64,000 nucleotides of DNA from Anaerolineales bacterium. Lineage in GTDB: Bacteria > Chloroflexota > Anaerolineae > Anaerolineales > Villigracilaceae. Under the pieces are notes generated by a model that saw only the letters and a list, made by a program, of their open reading frames with translations, had not been told where the DNA came from and made no database searches. The stretch is from positions 300 to 64,299 of the forward strand of contig DAOTXP010000014.1 of NCBI GenBank assembly GCA_034435275.1, in the 5' to 3' direction. A program made the translations under genes and the position numbers. The number at the start of each line of letters is the position of its first letter. The first letter of the stretch is position 1. Below, piece by piece: positions 27,039 to 36,844 of this stretch.

Positions 27039-29554
27039 TATATCAGTTTGGGTTGCTCCTCCACTTGTTCTTCCCCATTTCCATTAACCTTTGCGCCTGC
27101 CTTCTTCAGGTCCTCGGCGGAGATGCGCGCAACGGAGGCCACGTAATCTTCCGCCTGCGGCGTGATCAGGCGCACGCCGCGCGTGGCGCGGCCTGACTGC
27201 TTGACATCTTTCACCTTTAGGCGCAAAGCCACACCGTTGGCAGTGATAATCGTCAAATCATCGGCAGGCTGGACAACGCGCGCCGAAGTGACCTTGCCGG
27301 TTGTGCCCAGCGCCTTCTGGTCAATCGTGGCAATGCCACCCGTGGCGCGTCCTTTGGCAGCATAATCTTTGAGGGGAGTCTGCTTGCCATAGCCGCCGGT
27401 GGTGACAATCAACAACGCGCCATCCTTCTCGACTACGTCCATGCTGGTCACTGCATCTCCCTCGGCAAGTCGGATACCCTGTACTCCTCCGGCAGCGCGT
27501 CCCATGGCGCGGACTTTGGTTTCGCTGAAGCGCAATGCCTGTCCGTTTTCGGTAACGATGATAATGTCATCTTTGCCGGAGGTCAGGCGCGCCCAGCCGA
27601 GGGTGTCGCCCTCCTCCAGGGTCATGGCGATCAAGCCCGAGGGTCGGACGGAAGCGAATTCCTCCATGTCCACGCGCTTGACCTTGCCGCGTGCGGTCGC
27701 CAACATGCAGTAGTTATGACTCGAGAAGTCCCCCACCGCGATGGCCGCGGTCACGCGCTCGTTGTCATCCAGCGACAGGACATTGACGAGCGGGATGCCT
27801 TTGGCAGCGCGATCCGCATCAGGGATTTGATAAACCTTCTCGGAATAGACTTTGCCCTTGTCCGAGAAGAACAACATCGTGTCGAGACTTCGAGCGGGAA
27901 TCAGGGCAACGACTTCGTCCTCATCTTTGGTGGTGTGACCCATCACTCCGCGTCCGCCGCGGCTCTGGGACTTGAAGACCGCGGCCGCCACGCGCTTGAC
28001 GTAACCGCGCTCGGTGAGACTGATGAGTACCGCCTCGTCATGGACGAGATCCTCTTCGCTCAAATTCTCTTTTGCCTCGACGGCGATCTTCGTACGGCGG
28101 TCGTCGCCGAATTTCTCGGCCAGTTCCTTCAAGTCGGTCTGAATGAGCGCCAGGATTTTCTTTGGATGGGCAAGCAAATCTTCGAGATGGGCAATTTGCT
28201 GAGCGACTTGTTTCGCCTCTTCTTCGATCTTCCAGCGTTCGAGCGCAGCCAGGCGGCGCAACTGCATGTCGAGAATGGCCTGCGCCTGGAGTTCGCTCAA
28301 CTTGAAACGCTTCATCAGGCTGGTTTTGGCCGCATCTGCGTCCTCAGCCTCGCGGATGGTCCTGATAACCGCATCAATGTTCGCCAGCGCGATGAGCAAA
28401 CCGTCGAGGATGTGGGCGCGGGCCCGCAGTTTCCCCAGTTCGTGGGTCGAACGGCGGACGACGACCGTCTGGCGATGCTCGATGAAAATCTGCAACGCCC
28501 GTTTGAGCGGCAGGGTGCGCGGTTCGCCGTCTACGAGAGCCAACATTTGTGCGCCGAACGTGGACTGGAGCGGCGTAAATTTATATAACTGGTTGAGTAC
28601 CTTCTTGGGCTGTGCGCCGCGTTTGAGTTCGATGACGATGCTCATGCCGCGCTGGTCGGATTCGTCTCGCAGGTCCGAGATCATGTCTATCTTATCCCCG
28701 CGCACCAGTTCGGCAATGCGTTCGATCAGCGTCGTCTTGTTGACTTGATAGGGAATCTCAGTAATGACAATCTGGTGACGGCCGCCTTTGGTCTCCTCGA
28801 TGTGGGCGGTGCCGCGCAGGACGATGCGGCCCTTGCCCGTGCCATAGGCCTGCTCGATGCCCTCGCGCCCGACGATGATGCCACCCGTCGGGAAATCGGG
28901 CCCGGGGATGCGCTTCATCAATTCTTCGACGGGAATGTCATCCATGCGGCTGTGGTGATCAATCAGGAAGCATAGACCGTCCACCAGTTCGCGCAGGTTG
29001 TGAGGCGGGATGTTGGTCGCCATGCCTACGGCGATGCCCGACGACCCATTCAGGAGCAGATTCGGGACGCGCGAGGGGAGGACGGTCGGTTCTTCGAGCG
29101 AATCGTCGAAGTTCGGCGCGAAGTCCACCGTATCCTTGTCAATGTCAGCCAGCATTTCCTCGGCCAGTTTGTGCAGGCGCGCCTCGGTGTAACGCATGGC
29201 CGCAGGCGCGTCGCCGTCAATCGAGCCAAAATTACCCTGTCCGTCCACCAGCAGGTAGCGCATGGAAAAATCCTGCGCCATGCGCGCCATGGTCTCGTAG
29301 ACGGCCGAGTCGCCGTGCGGATGATATTTGCCCAGCACCTCACCCACAATACGAGCGGACTTTTTGTACGCCGAGTTGGAACGGATGCCCAATTCCTGCA
29401 TGGCGTACAGGATGCGGCGATGGACGGGCTTCAAGCCGTCGCGTGCGTCGGGCAGGGCGCGCGCCACAATCACGCTCATGGCGTAATCGAGGTAGGCGGC
29501 GCGCATCTGCGAGTCGATGTCAACTTGTTGAACGATGCCGATTTCCATATGCAA
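27038..29554 (-). CDS. gyrA: DNA gyrase subunit A
   Basis: [41 protein letters not shown] and the active-site region [10 protein letters not shown], followed by the C-terminal beta-pinwheel repeats. Confidence 0.97.
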   Translation of the reverse strand: MHMEIGIVQQVDIDSQMRAAYLDYAMSVIVARALPDARDGLKPVHRRILYAMQELGIRSNSAYKKSARIVGEVLGKYHPHGDSAVYETMARMAQDFSMRYLLVDGQGNFGSIDGDAPAAMRYTEARLHKLAEEMLADIDKDTVDFAPNFDDSLEEPTVLPSRVPNLLLNGSSGIAVGMATNIPPHNLRELVDGLCFLIDHHSRMDDIPVEELMKRIPGPDFPTGGIIVGREGIEQAYGTGKGRIVLRGTAHIEETKGGRHQIVITEIPYQVNKTTLIERIAELVRGDKIDMISDLRDESDQRGMSIVIELKRGAQPKKVLNQLYKFTPLQSTFGAQMLALVDGEPRTLPLKRALQIFIEHRQTVVVRRSTHELGKLRARAHILDGLLIALANIDAVIRTIREAEDADAAKTSLMKRFKLSELQAQAILDMQLRRLAALERWKIEEEAKQVAQQIAHLEDLLAHPKKILALIQTDLKELAEKFGDDRRTKIAVEAKENLSEEDLVHDEAVLISLTERGYVKRVAAAVFKSQSRGGRGVMGHTTKDEDEVVALIPARSLDTMLFFSDKGKVYSEKVYQIPDADRAAKGIPLVNVLSLDDNERVTAAIAVGDFSSHNYCMLATARGKVKRVDMEEFASVRPSGLIAMTLEEGDTLGWARLTSGKDDIIIVTENGQALRFSETKVRAMGRAAGGVQGIRLAEGDAVTSMDVVEKDGALLIVTTGGYGKQTPLKDYAAKGRATGGIATIDQKALGTTGKVTSARVVQPADDLTIITANGVALRLKVKDVKQSGRATRGVRLITPQAEDYVASVARISAEDLKKAGAKVNGNGEEQVEEQPKLI

Positions 29555-29584
29555 TCCTGTGGAGTAATGTTAAACAGGCACAAA

Positions 29585-29621
29585 AAGACACGAAGACTTA
29601 TGCTTCACGGCTTCGTGTCTT
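29585..29621 (-). promoter_or_regulatory. Terminator-like hairpin in the gyrA 5' leader
   Basis: Perfect 11-bp stem aagacacgaag / cttcgtgtctt. On the minus strand it is followed by tttgtg, and it ends about 31 nt before the gyrA ATG. Confidence 0.4.
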
Positions 29622-29654
29622 CCTTATGATGAAGCGCAATGTGACTACATGGCA

Positions 29655-29663
29655 ATTATACCA
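29655..29663 (-). promoter_or_regulatory. Candidate extended -10 promoter element for gyrA
   Basis: The minus strand reads TGgTATAAT. No good -35 element is present. Confidence 0.35.
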
Positions 29664-29718
29664 CTCCGCTCTACCCCTCCCGCCTCTGGCGCAGAGGTGG
29701 AAACGAGAGATGTCAAAC

Positions 29719-29745
29719 AAAAAAACCCGCCTTCCAGCGGGTCTC
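29719..29745 (-). terminator. Rho-independent terminator after tRNA-Leu
   Basis: The minus strand reads acccgc-tggaag-gcgggt followed by ttttttt. Confidence 0.6.
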
Positions 29746-29752
29746 GTCACAG

Positions 29753-29836
<84 letters not shown>

Positions 29837-29850
29837 CTGCGTGCCTGCCT

Positions 29851-29878
29851 ATTTTATCTCAAACGGTTTTTTTGTCAA
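29851..29878 (-). promoter_or_regulatory. Candidate promoter for tRNA-Leu
   Basis: The minus strand reads TTGACA, a 16-nt spacer, then TAAAAT, about 14 nt upstream of the tRNA 5' end. Confidence 0.5.
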
Positions 29879-30098
29879 CGGAGAACGGACATCGTTTGTA
29901 CATATCCCGTTTATTTCCTCTAAATCACGCGCTTTTAGAATCCATGCCGAGATGAGGAACAAATCGAAGGCCTCGTTCGTCGCTCCTGCATCCCTTTCAT
30001 AACTGTATGGTAATTTCATTACAGTACCGTTAGGGGATATATCTTTTTGCTTCAGGAATCGTTAAACTGTTTAGAGAGAACAAAGAAAGGAGGACCCA

Positions 30099-30218
30099 AT
30101 GTTCATCGTCGCAGTCGTAATCTGCATCCTGCTCATCGCCCTGCTGGCTGGCGCGGACTTGTTCATAGCGCAGTACAATGCGGACGAGCTGAGCAACATG
30201 GGTATCGAGCACAAATGA
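30099..30218 (+). CDS. Candidate 39-aa single-TM micro-protein
   Basis: Absent from the ORF track because it is under 60 aa. Strong SD aaaggagga 7 nt before the ATG. Translation MFIVAVVICILLIALLAGADLFIAQYNADELSNMGIEHK. It has its own downstream terminator. Confidence 0.45.
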   Translation: MFIVAVVICILLIALLAGADLFIAQYNADELSNMGIEHK

Positions 30219-30237
30219 TGGATACCCCTTCCCCCTA

Positions 30238-30276
30238 GCCCGATGCGAATCTAAAACGCGTCGGGCATTTTTATTT
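30238..30276 (+). terminator. Rho-independent terminator after the micro-ORF
   Basis: gcccgatgcg / cgcgtcgggc (one mismatch) followed by atttttattt. Confidence 0.5.
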
Positions 30277-30355
30277 CTCGAATTTTTCTACCGACCGTTC
30301 GGTAGGACTCTCGGATTTGAGATATAATACACAAAATACCGCGCGGAGCCGCCCC

Positions 30356-31564
30356 ATGGACCTCACCCTCTCCCCCGAACACCAAATGACGCAAAGGATG
30401 GTGCGCGACTTCGCTCAAAAAGAAATCACACCCGCCATCAAGGAACACGACCGCAGACAGGAACCCATTCCGTGGGTGCTTGCGCGCATGAGCGAACTTG
30501 GCATCCTCGGCATCTGCTTCCCCACCCGCTTCGGCGGCCAGGGCATGGACTACCTCTCCCTCGGCCTGGCCTGCGAGGAACTCGAAGCCGTGGACACCCA
30601 CCTGCGCGTGGTGATGTCGGTGCACACGGGTCTGTGCGCGATGACCATTTTTCAGTGGGGAACCGAAGAACAGAAGCAAAAATTCCTGATTCCCCTGGCA
30701 AGAGGCGAAAGGATCGGCTGTGGCGCGTTCACGGAATCAGGCATGGGGTCCGACGTGGCCGCGATGCGGACGTCCGCCAAACGCGACGGCGGACACTACA
30801 TCCTGAACGGCGAGAAGATGTGGATCTCCCTCGCCTCCAAAGCGGACCTGGCGCTGGTCACCGTTAAAACAAACCCCTCCGCCTCCAGGCCGTCCGAGGC
30901 ACTCTCCACCTTCATCGTGGACCTCGCCTCCCCCGGCGTGACGCGCGGCGACCTCCACGGCAAGCTTGGGGTCCGCGCGGGCTCGACGGGCTGGATCGCG
31001 TTTCAGGACACGAAAGTCCCTGCCGAGAATCGCATCGGCGAAGAGGGCGAAGGGTTCAAGATCACCATGTCCGCCTTCGACCATGGACGCTATACCGTGG
31101 CCTCAGGCGCGGCGGGAATCGTCCGCGCCTGTCTCGAAGCCAGTGTAAAATACGCAAAGACGCGCCAGACGTTCGGCAAGCCCATCGCGGAGCATCAACT
31201 CATTCAAGAGAAGATCGCCAAAATGTCGCAGGATTACGAGATCGCGCGATTGCTGTATTACCAGGTCGGCTGGATGAAGAACCAGGGCAGGCGCTGTACC
31301 CGCGAGACCTCGTTCGCGAAAAAGTTTGCTACCGAAGCGTCGTTTTCCGCCGCCAGCGAAGCCATCCAGATCCACGGCGCGTACGGCTACAGCGACGAAT
31401 ACGACGTGGAGCGTTACCTGCGAAACGCCCGAGGCGCCATGATCTACGAAGGCAGTTCCGAAATCCAGACCCTGATTCAGGCAGGCTACGCCCTCGGCGA
31501 GCGGACCGACAAGCCCCTGCATTGTGAACTCCCCGCCTATGACGAGGCGTTTTGGCAGGGATAG
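30356..31564 (+). CDS. Acyl-CoA dehydrogenase (short/medium-chain, Bcd-like)
   Basis: MDLTLSPEHQMTQRMVRDFAQKEI, FTESGMGSDVAAM and the C-terminal QIHGAYGYSDEYDVERYLRNARGAMIYEGSSEIQ. Followed by etfBA. Confidence 0.9.
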   Translation: MDLTLSPEHQMTQRMVRDFAQKEITPAIKEHDRRQEPIPWVLARMSELGILGICFPTRFGGQGMDYLSLGLACEELEAVDTHLRVVMSVHTGLCAMTIFQWGTEEQKQKFLIPLARGERIGCGAFTESGMGSDVAAMRTSAKRDGGHYILNGEKMWISLASKADLALVTVKTNPSASRPSEALSTFIVDLASPGVTRGDLHGKLGVRAGSTGWIAFQDTKVPAENRIGEEGEGFKITMSAFDHGRYTVASGAAGIVRACLEASVKYAKTRQTFGKPIAEHQLIQEKIAKMSQDYEIARLLYYQVGWMKNQGRRCTRETSFAKKFATEASFSAASEAIQIHGAYGYSDEYDVERYLRNARGAMIYEGSSEIQTLIQAGYALGERTDKPLHCELPAYDEAFWQG

Positions 31565-31575
31565 GAAGGTGAAAG

Positions 31576-31863
31576 ATGACGCAACCCTTTCACACCAAAA
31601 TTGACAAGACCATCCAGACTGCGGCGGGGCTGGTCGTGCTAGAGAATCCCGCTGGCTTTCCACGTTATGACTCAAACCTGTACTGCCTCGCCGCCAATGA
31701 ACGAATCGTCTGGAAAGCAGAAAAACCCGAACCGAACACGCTGTATCAGCGCGTGCGCATCAGCGACGACGGATTGAATCTCTCCGCGTACACCCTCAGC
31801 GGCCACGCCTGCGAGATTGACTTGAAAACAGGAAAACTCATCAGTTTCGTGGGCATGAAATAA
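31576..31863 (+). CDS. Hypothetical 95-aa protein between acd and etfB
   Basis: ORF with host-like composition and no recognised family. Confidence 0.45.
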   Translation: MTQPFHTKIDKTIQTAAGLVVLENPAGFPRYDSNLYCLAANERIVWKAEKPEPNTLYQRVRISDDGLNLSAYTLSGHACEIDLKTGKLISFVGMK

Positions 31864-31871
31864 TCCTTTCC

Positions 31872-31897
31872 GTCATTGCGAGCGACGAAGCAATGAC
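31872..31897. repeat. REP-like intergenic hairpin
   Basis: gtcattgc-gagcgacgaa-gcaatgac, a perfect 8-bp stem. Confidence 0.4.
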
Positions 31898-31931
31898 AGG
31901 GAAAACGCAAACGAATTTCACGGAGGTTCCA

Positions 31932-32702
31932 TTGAAAATCATCGCCTGCATCAAGCAAGTGCCCGACTCAGAAGCGAAGGTAAAAGCCGAGAACGGGCAA
32001 ATCACGTGGGGGGACGCGCCGCTGGTCATCAACCCGTTCGACGAGTACGCGGTCGAAGGCGCGCTCCAGCAGAAGGAGGCCCACGGCGGAACGGTCACCG
32101 CGCTGTGCATCGGGCCCGAGTCCGCCAGGGAGGCTCTCAAACACGCCCTCGCCATGGGCGCGGACGAGGCGATCCTCGTCTCGGACGCGGCTCTCGGCGC
32201 GCTCGATACGCTCGGCGCGGCGCGCGTGCTGGCCGCGGCCATCCAAAAGATCGGCGGCGCGGACATGGTCATGTTCGGCCGCCAGACCCTCGACGACGGC
32301 TCCGGCGTCACCGCCGCGCAGACAGCGCGCGTTCTCGGGTGGCCGATGCTCGGGCTGGTGGGCCAGATCAAAGTCGAGGGGGGAAGCGTGCAGGTCTCGC
32401 GCGTCATCGAGGAGGGGCGGCAGAACGTCAGCGCCAAACTGCCTGCCGTGCTCAGTCTCGTGCAGAGCATCGGCGAGCCGCGCTACCCGTCGTTCATGGG
32501 CATCCGCAAGGCCTCGAAAGCCGAAATCCCCGTCTGGTCGTTGGGCGATCTCGGCATCGGCGCGCCCGCGCCCATCGTGACCCGCGCCGAACTCATCACC
32601 CCGCCCAGCCGCGAAGTAACCTGCGAGATCATCACGGGCGAAAGCCCCGCCGAAATCGCGGACAAACTCGCCGACAAAATTCTCGCGGAGAAGGTGCTAT
32701 GA
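31932..32702 (+). CDS. etfB: Electron transfer flavoprotein beta subunit
   Basis: (L/M)KIIACIKQVPDSEAKVK is the canonical EtfB N-terminus. The TTG at 31932 lies 5 nt after ggagg. The ORF-track ATG at 31893 is an alternative start. Confidence 0.9.
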   Translation: MKIIACIKQVPDSEAKVKAENGQITWGDAPLVINPFDEYAVEGALQQKEAHGGTVTALCIGPESAREALKHALAMGADEAILVSDAALGALDTLGAARVLAAAIQKIGGADMVMFGRQTLDDGSGVTAAQTARVLGWPMLGLVGQIKVEGGSVQVSRVIEEGRQNVSAKLPAVLSLVQSIGEPRYPSFMGIRKASKAEIPVWSLGDLGIGAPAPIVTRAELITPPSREVTCEIITGESPAEIADKLADKILAEKVL

Positions 32703-33712
32703 AAACCTTTGTCTACATTGACCACTTCAAGGGCCAGGTCCAGCCTGCTTCGTGGGAGGCGCTCGGCGTCGCCAAAAGTTTCGGCGAGGCCAGCGCGGTC
32801 ATTTTTGGATCGGGACTCGACGCGCTGGTCAAGGCCGCGTTCGAATTCGGCGCGGACGAAGTGCTGGCCGCGGACGACGCCGCGCTGGCGGATTACCGCG
32901 CCGAGGCCTACGCCTCCACCCTGTCCGCGCTCGCCTCTGCCCGGACCCCCGACCTGATTCTGTTTCCGACAACGACTCGCACCCGCGAGATGGCCGCCAT
33001 GGCCGCCGTGGACCTGAACGCGGGCGTGCTGATTGACCTGACCGGTCTCGCGCTCGAGGGCGACAAACTGGTTGCAACGCGTCCGATCTACGAGGGCAAG
33101 TTGTACGAGAAGGCCGTTTGCTCGGGCAAGCCCGTCATTGCCACCCTGCGCGGACGCGCCTTCCCGCGCCCCGCACAGGATTCGTCGCGTTCAGGCTCTG
33201 CGACGAAGGTCGAGGCCAAGGCCGAGTCGCCTGTGACCGTCGAAGGCTACGACGTGGCCGAGCAGGCCGTCAGCGTGGCCGACGCGGGCGTGGTCGTCTC
33301 GGGCGGACGCGGCGTCTCGAACAATCCATCCCTCACGCCACCCGCCGGCATGGATGAAAAACAGGCCGAAGTCTGGCGCGCCCAGCAGGGCTTCGCGCTC
33401 ATCACCGACCTGGCAAACGTGCTGGGCGGCGCGGTCGGTGCCTCGCGCGCGGCCGTGGACGGCGGTTATATTCCATACTCGCATCAGGTTGGGCAGACGG
33501 GCAAGGTCATTACGCCCGACCTGTACATCGCCTGCGGCATCTCCGGCGCGATCCAGCACCTGGTCGGAATGAGAAACGCGAAATTGATCGTCGCCATCAA
33601 CAAGGATGCTGAGGCCCCGGTCTTCAAGCAGGCGCATTACGGCGTAGTCGGCGACCTGTTCCAGATCGTCCCCGCGTTGACGGAAGCGTTCAAGAAGAAG
33701 CTGGGGAAATAA
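32699..33712 (+). CDS. etfA: Electron transfer flavoprotein alpha subunit
   Basis: [12 protein letters not shown]... and the FAD-binding C-terminus [16 protein letters not shown]. The ATG overlaps the etfB stop (ATGA). The long ORF-track extension from 32006 is rejected. Confidence 0.9.
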   Translation: MKTFVYIDHFKGQVQPASWEALGVAKSFGEASAVIFGSGLDALVKAAFEFGADEVLAADDAALADYRAEAYASTLSALASARTPDLILFPTTTRTREMAAMAAVDLNAGVLIDLTGLALEGDKLVATRPIYEGKLYEKAVCSGKPVIATLRGRAFPRPAQDSSRSGSATKVEAKAESPVTVEGYDVAEQAVSVADAGVVVSGGRGVSNNPSLTPPAGMDEKQAEVWRAQQGFALITDLANVLGGAVGASRAAVDGGYIPYSHQVGQTGKVITPDLYIACGISGAIQHLVGMRNAKLIVAINKDAEAPVFKQAHYGVVGDLFQIVPALTEAFKKKLGK

Positions 33713-33740
33713 CTCGTAAGGCGCAGAACGTGAGAAGAGC

Positions 33741-33768
33741 CGGATGCGTTTGCATCCGCCTCTTTTTG
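33741..33768 (+). terminator. Rho-independent terminator after etfA
   Basis: cggatgc-gttt-gcatccg followed by cctcttttt. Confidence 0.5.
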
Positions 33769-33778
33769 ATTGCAAAAT

Positions 33779-33925
33779 GCTTTGTTGCAAACATTCATCA
33801 TTCCATCGTCCTGAGGCAGAGATGAAGGGTTGTTGATCAGTCGCCTGCGCTTCGTCTTCGGCCCTTCGGCAGGCTCAGAGCCTCCGCTCAGCGCGGTGCT
33901 GGAAATAACGGCAACAGAGCAATTG
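33779..33925. repeat. Dispersed intergenic repeat, copy A (MITE/REP-like)
   Basis: It shares three segments with the copy at 58560. The segments are gctttgttgcaaacattcRtcattccatcgYcctgag, gttgatSagtcgcctgcgYttcgtct and ccgctcagcgcggYgctggaaatRaYggcaRcagagca. Confidence 0.55.
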
Positions 33926-33996
33926 CAAATCCATTTACGGAAGGATAAAGAATCTCAATATCTCCTTGAAAATGTGAAAACAATCCTTCAGAATCC

Positions 33997-34024
33997 TTGA
34001 CAAATTTGAAACAATATTTATAAT
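33997..34024 (+). promoter_or_regulatory. Consensus sigma-70-type promoter upstream of the MFS gene
   Basis: TTGACA (33997-34002), a 16-nt spacer, then TATAAT (34019-34024), in an AT-rich spacer. Confidence 0.55.
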
Positions 34025-34087
34025 ATCAATAATAACGTGGCAGGAATTTAAAATTTCCTTGTGCCAACTTAAGAAAATCGAGGCAGA

Positions 34088-35383
34088 ATGAAAAATCCCA
34101 ATCAACCCGTCCCCCAGCACTGGGCAGTTCGCTTCTTTACCATCTGGACCGGCCAGGCTTTTTCGTTGTTTGGCTCCGCGCTGGTGCAGTTTGCACTGGT
34201 CTGGTGGCTGACGCAGAAGACCGGCTCCGCCGTGGTCCTGACGACTGCCGCGCTGGTGGGCATGTTGCCGCAGGTGGTAATCGGTCCGTTTGCCGGCGCG
34301 CTCGTGGACCGCTGGAATCGCCGCGTCATCATGATGGCCGCGGACGCAACCATCGCGGCCTTTACCATTCTCCTGATCTGGCTGTTCGCCACAGGACAGA
34401 TTCAAATTTGGCATGTGTACGCCGTCATGACGGCCCGTTCATTGGGCGCCGCGTTCCACTTCCCCGCCATGTTCGCCTCGACTCCCCTGATGGTGCCCGA
34501 AAAGCACCTCACCCGCGTCAGCGGCCTGAATCAAACTCTGATGGGGTTGATGAACATGATCGCCCCGCCCATCGGTGCGCTCCTGCTCGAAGTGATGAGC
34601 ACGCAGGGCATCCTGATGATCGACGTGGTCACCGCCGCGCTTGCCATCCTGCCGCTGTTCTTCTTCTCCATCCCCCAGCCTGAACGCAGGGAATCCGAAG
34701 CGCATGGACGAAAACCCGGCCTGTTGGGCGACGTGCGTGCCGGCCTCGATTACATCCGCGGCTGGCCCGGGATAGTCGCTATCCTCAGCATGGCATTCTT
34801 TCTGAACTTCCTGCTCACGCCCGCAGGCGCGCTCACGCCTCTGCTCATCACCAAGCACTTTGGGAAGGGCGCACTCGAATTCGGATTAATGGATTCAGCC
34901 TGGGGTTTCGGCGTGATCGCCGGTGGACTGATCCTGGGTGCATGGGGCGGCTTCAAGAAAAAGGTTGCCACAGCGATGATGGGCATCATCGGCATTGGGA
35001 TGGGCGTTGTCGTGGTTGGCCTGGCTCCCTCCACCGCATTTGGCCTGGCGCTGGCGGGCATGGCCTTCGCGGGTGTGATGAACCCGATCACCGATGGCCC
35101 GCTCAACGCACTTCTGCAGACCATCGTCCGCCCGGACATGCAGGGCCGCGTCATGTCCCTCGTCGCCAGCGGCGCCACCGCCATGACCCCGCTTGGTCTG
35201 CTCATCGCAGGCCCCATCTCCGACGTGATCGGCATCCGCGCCTGGTATTGGATTGCAGGCCTCCTCACTCTGCTCATGGGCGCGGCGGGCTTTTTCATCC
35301 CCGCTGTCATGAACGTGGAAAACAATCACAATGGCCAGGTGGAAAGTCCTCCAACTCAGGTTTTGCAAACCTCGGCAGATTAA
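34088..35383 (+). CDS. MFS transporter (MFS_3 / EntS-like)
   Basis: About 12 TM segments. The N-terminus FFTIWTGQAFSLFGSALVQFALVWW and GALVDRWNRR are typical of this subfamily. Confidence 0.85.
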   Translation: MKNPNQPVPQHWAVRFFTIWTGQAFSLFGSALVQFALVWWLTQKTGSAVVLTTAALVGMLPQVVIGPFAGALVDRWNRRVIMMAADATIAAFTILLIWLFATGQIQIWHVYAVMTARSLGAAFHFPAMFASTPLMVPEKHLTRVSGLNQTLMGLMNMIAPPIGALLLEVMSTQGILMIDVVTAALAILPLFFFSIPQPERRESEAHGRKPGLLGDVRAGLDYIRGWPGIVAILSMAFFLNFLLTPAGALTPLLITKHFGKGALEFGLMDSAWGFGVIAGGLILGAWGGFKKKVATAMMGIIGIGMGVVVVGLAPSTAFGLALAGMAFAGVMNPITDGPLNALLQTIVRPDMQGRVMSLVASGATAMTPLGLLIAGPISDVIGIRAWYWIAGLLTLLMGAAGFFIPAVMNVENNHNGQVESPPTQVLQTSAD

Positions 35384-35401
35384 CTGCCCCATCGAAAACG
35401 A

Positions 35402-35431
35402 CAGGCCCGCGCCTTCCCGGACGCGGGCCTG
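35402..35431. terminator. Bidirectional hairpin between convergent genes
   Basis: caggcccgcg / cgcgggcctg, a perfect 10-bp stem. Confidence 0.6.
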
Positions 35432-35447
35432 ATTCCGTTAGAGCGGC

Positions 35448-36833
35448 TTAATCGTCCCCTCCGCCGCCCTCGTCATCGGGATTATTGCTGTCATGACAGG
35501 CAGTGCAGGTCGCCGAATACAAATTGACCGTGTGACAATCGCGGCACGACGCGCCGCCATGATTGACGCCGCGGCCGCCCTCATCTGCGATGCCTGGATG
35601 CGAGCCGTAATAAGGCGCATACCAGTTGCTGGTGGTGTGACAGGTCTCGCAATCCGTCCCGAACATGCCCGCGTGGAACGGCGGGTCGGCATGACAGGAA
35701 ACACACGCGGCGGACAACCCCGCGAACTGGCCTGCGGCATGGCATCGTTCGCAAGTCACGCTGGCATGTGCGCCCGTCAACGGGAAGTTACTCAGGTTGT
35801 GGTCAAAGGCGGCATTCGCCCAATCGGTGGGAGTGTGACAAGCGCCGCAGTCTGTGCCAAAGCGCCCGTTATGCTCGTCATCCTGGCGGTGGCAGGCATA
35901 ACAGTCTGCCGGCGTATCTTTGTACTGTCCGTTGGCGTGGCACCCTTCGCAGGCGACCTCCATATGTTCGCCCTCGAGTTTGAAAGCGGACAGGTTGTGG
36001 TCGAATGTGGCATTTTCCCAGTCGGACGGGTTGTGGCACGCCGCGCAATCCACACCGAAGCGACCGTTGTGTTCGTCGTCCTGGCGGTGGCAGGAATAAC
36101 AGCCGGTGGGCGCGGATTTCAAATCAGCCAGTGAGCGCGCGTCGAGGTGGCATTTGGTACAGATCACTTCGGCGTGCTTTCCCTCCAACGCAAAACCGAC
36201 GCGGCTATGATCGAAATGCACGCCGTAGGTGTCAATGCCGTCATGGCAGGCAAGACAATCACCGCCCCAGCCAAGCAGGTGGGCGGTGGTAAAGGCTACG
36301 TCAATCTGGCGGTGACAGTCGGCGCACACGGCCTGATCGAAGAGAGCCATATCCTGCGCATGGCAATCGGAGCAGGCAAACGGCGCGCGGTCGGGCTTGC
36401 GCACATGCGCGGCCAGCGAATAGCCAAGCGCCTCGTGCGGGAAGTTTCCATTCTTGACAAGAGTCAGCGGCGCGTCGGGGCCGCGATGCTCGGGGTGACA
36501 TTGGGCGCAACCCAGGTTCGGGGTCTGAATTTGAATCGCCCCGTGCAGGGAGGCGGGATCGGATTGCTGGGCTGCCACGTCCGCGTGGCAGGCTATGCAG
36601 CGGTCGTCCATCCGTTCGGAAAAATTCCACGGCGCGGGGTGGCAGGCGGCGCATTCCTGGATGTCCGCATGGGAGGCCGCGCCGCCCAGCATCGGACCGG
36701 ACTGGGAGTTCAAATCGCCCGCGCTGAACATGCTCCCGCCGCTGGCAAAGGAGACCCCGACGATCACAAACAATGTCAGGAGCGCCGAAAAAATGGCTGT
36801 GGCAGAAAAACATCCGAGTCGACTGTTTCGCAT
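35448..36833 (-). CDS. Secreted or membrane-anchored multiheme cytochrome c with 17 CXXCH motifs
   Basis: I counted 17 CXXCH motifs in the translation. The N-terminus has a hydrophobic signal or anchor. There are repeated paired-CXXCH modules and an acidic Gly/Asp tail. Confidence 0.9.
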   Translation of the reverse strand: MRNSRLGCFSATAIFSALLTLFVIVGVSFASGGSMFSAGDLNSQSGPMLGGAASHADIQECAACHPAPWNFSERMDDRCIACHADVAAQQSDPASLHGAIQIQTPNLGCAQCHPEHRGPDAPLTLVKNGNFPHEALGYSLAAHVRKPDRAPFACSDCHAQDMALFDQAVCADCHRQIDVAFTTAHLLGWGGDCLACHDGIDTYGVHFDHSRVGFALEGKHAEVICTKCHLDARSLADLKSAPTGCYSCHRQDDEHNGRFGVDCAACHNPSDWENATFDHNLSAFKLEGEHMEVACEGCHANGQYKDTPADCYACHRQDDEHNGRFGTDCGACHTPTDWANAAFDHNLSNFPLTGAHASVTCERCHAAGQFAGLSAACVSCHADPPFHAGMFGTDCETCHTTSNWYAPYYGSHPGIADEGGRGVNHGGASCRDCHTVNLYSATCTACHDSNNPDDEGGGGDD

Positions 36834-36844
36834 GTTCCCACCTC

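Noticed and set aside
32006-32698. N-terminal extensions proposed by the ORF track. Examples are etfA from 32006, birA from 25849, M23 from 7514, serA to 2797, rho from 23610 and the acyltransferase from 59481.
   Set aside because: The extensions overlap upstream genes or are Arg-rich junk. Internal starts with an SD and a family-typical N-terminus were chosen instead.
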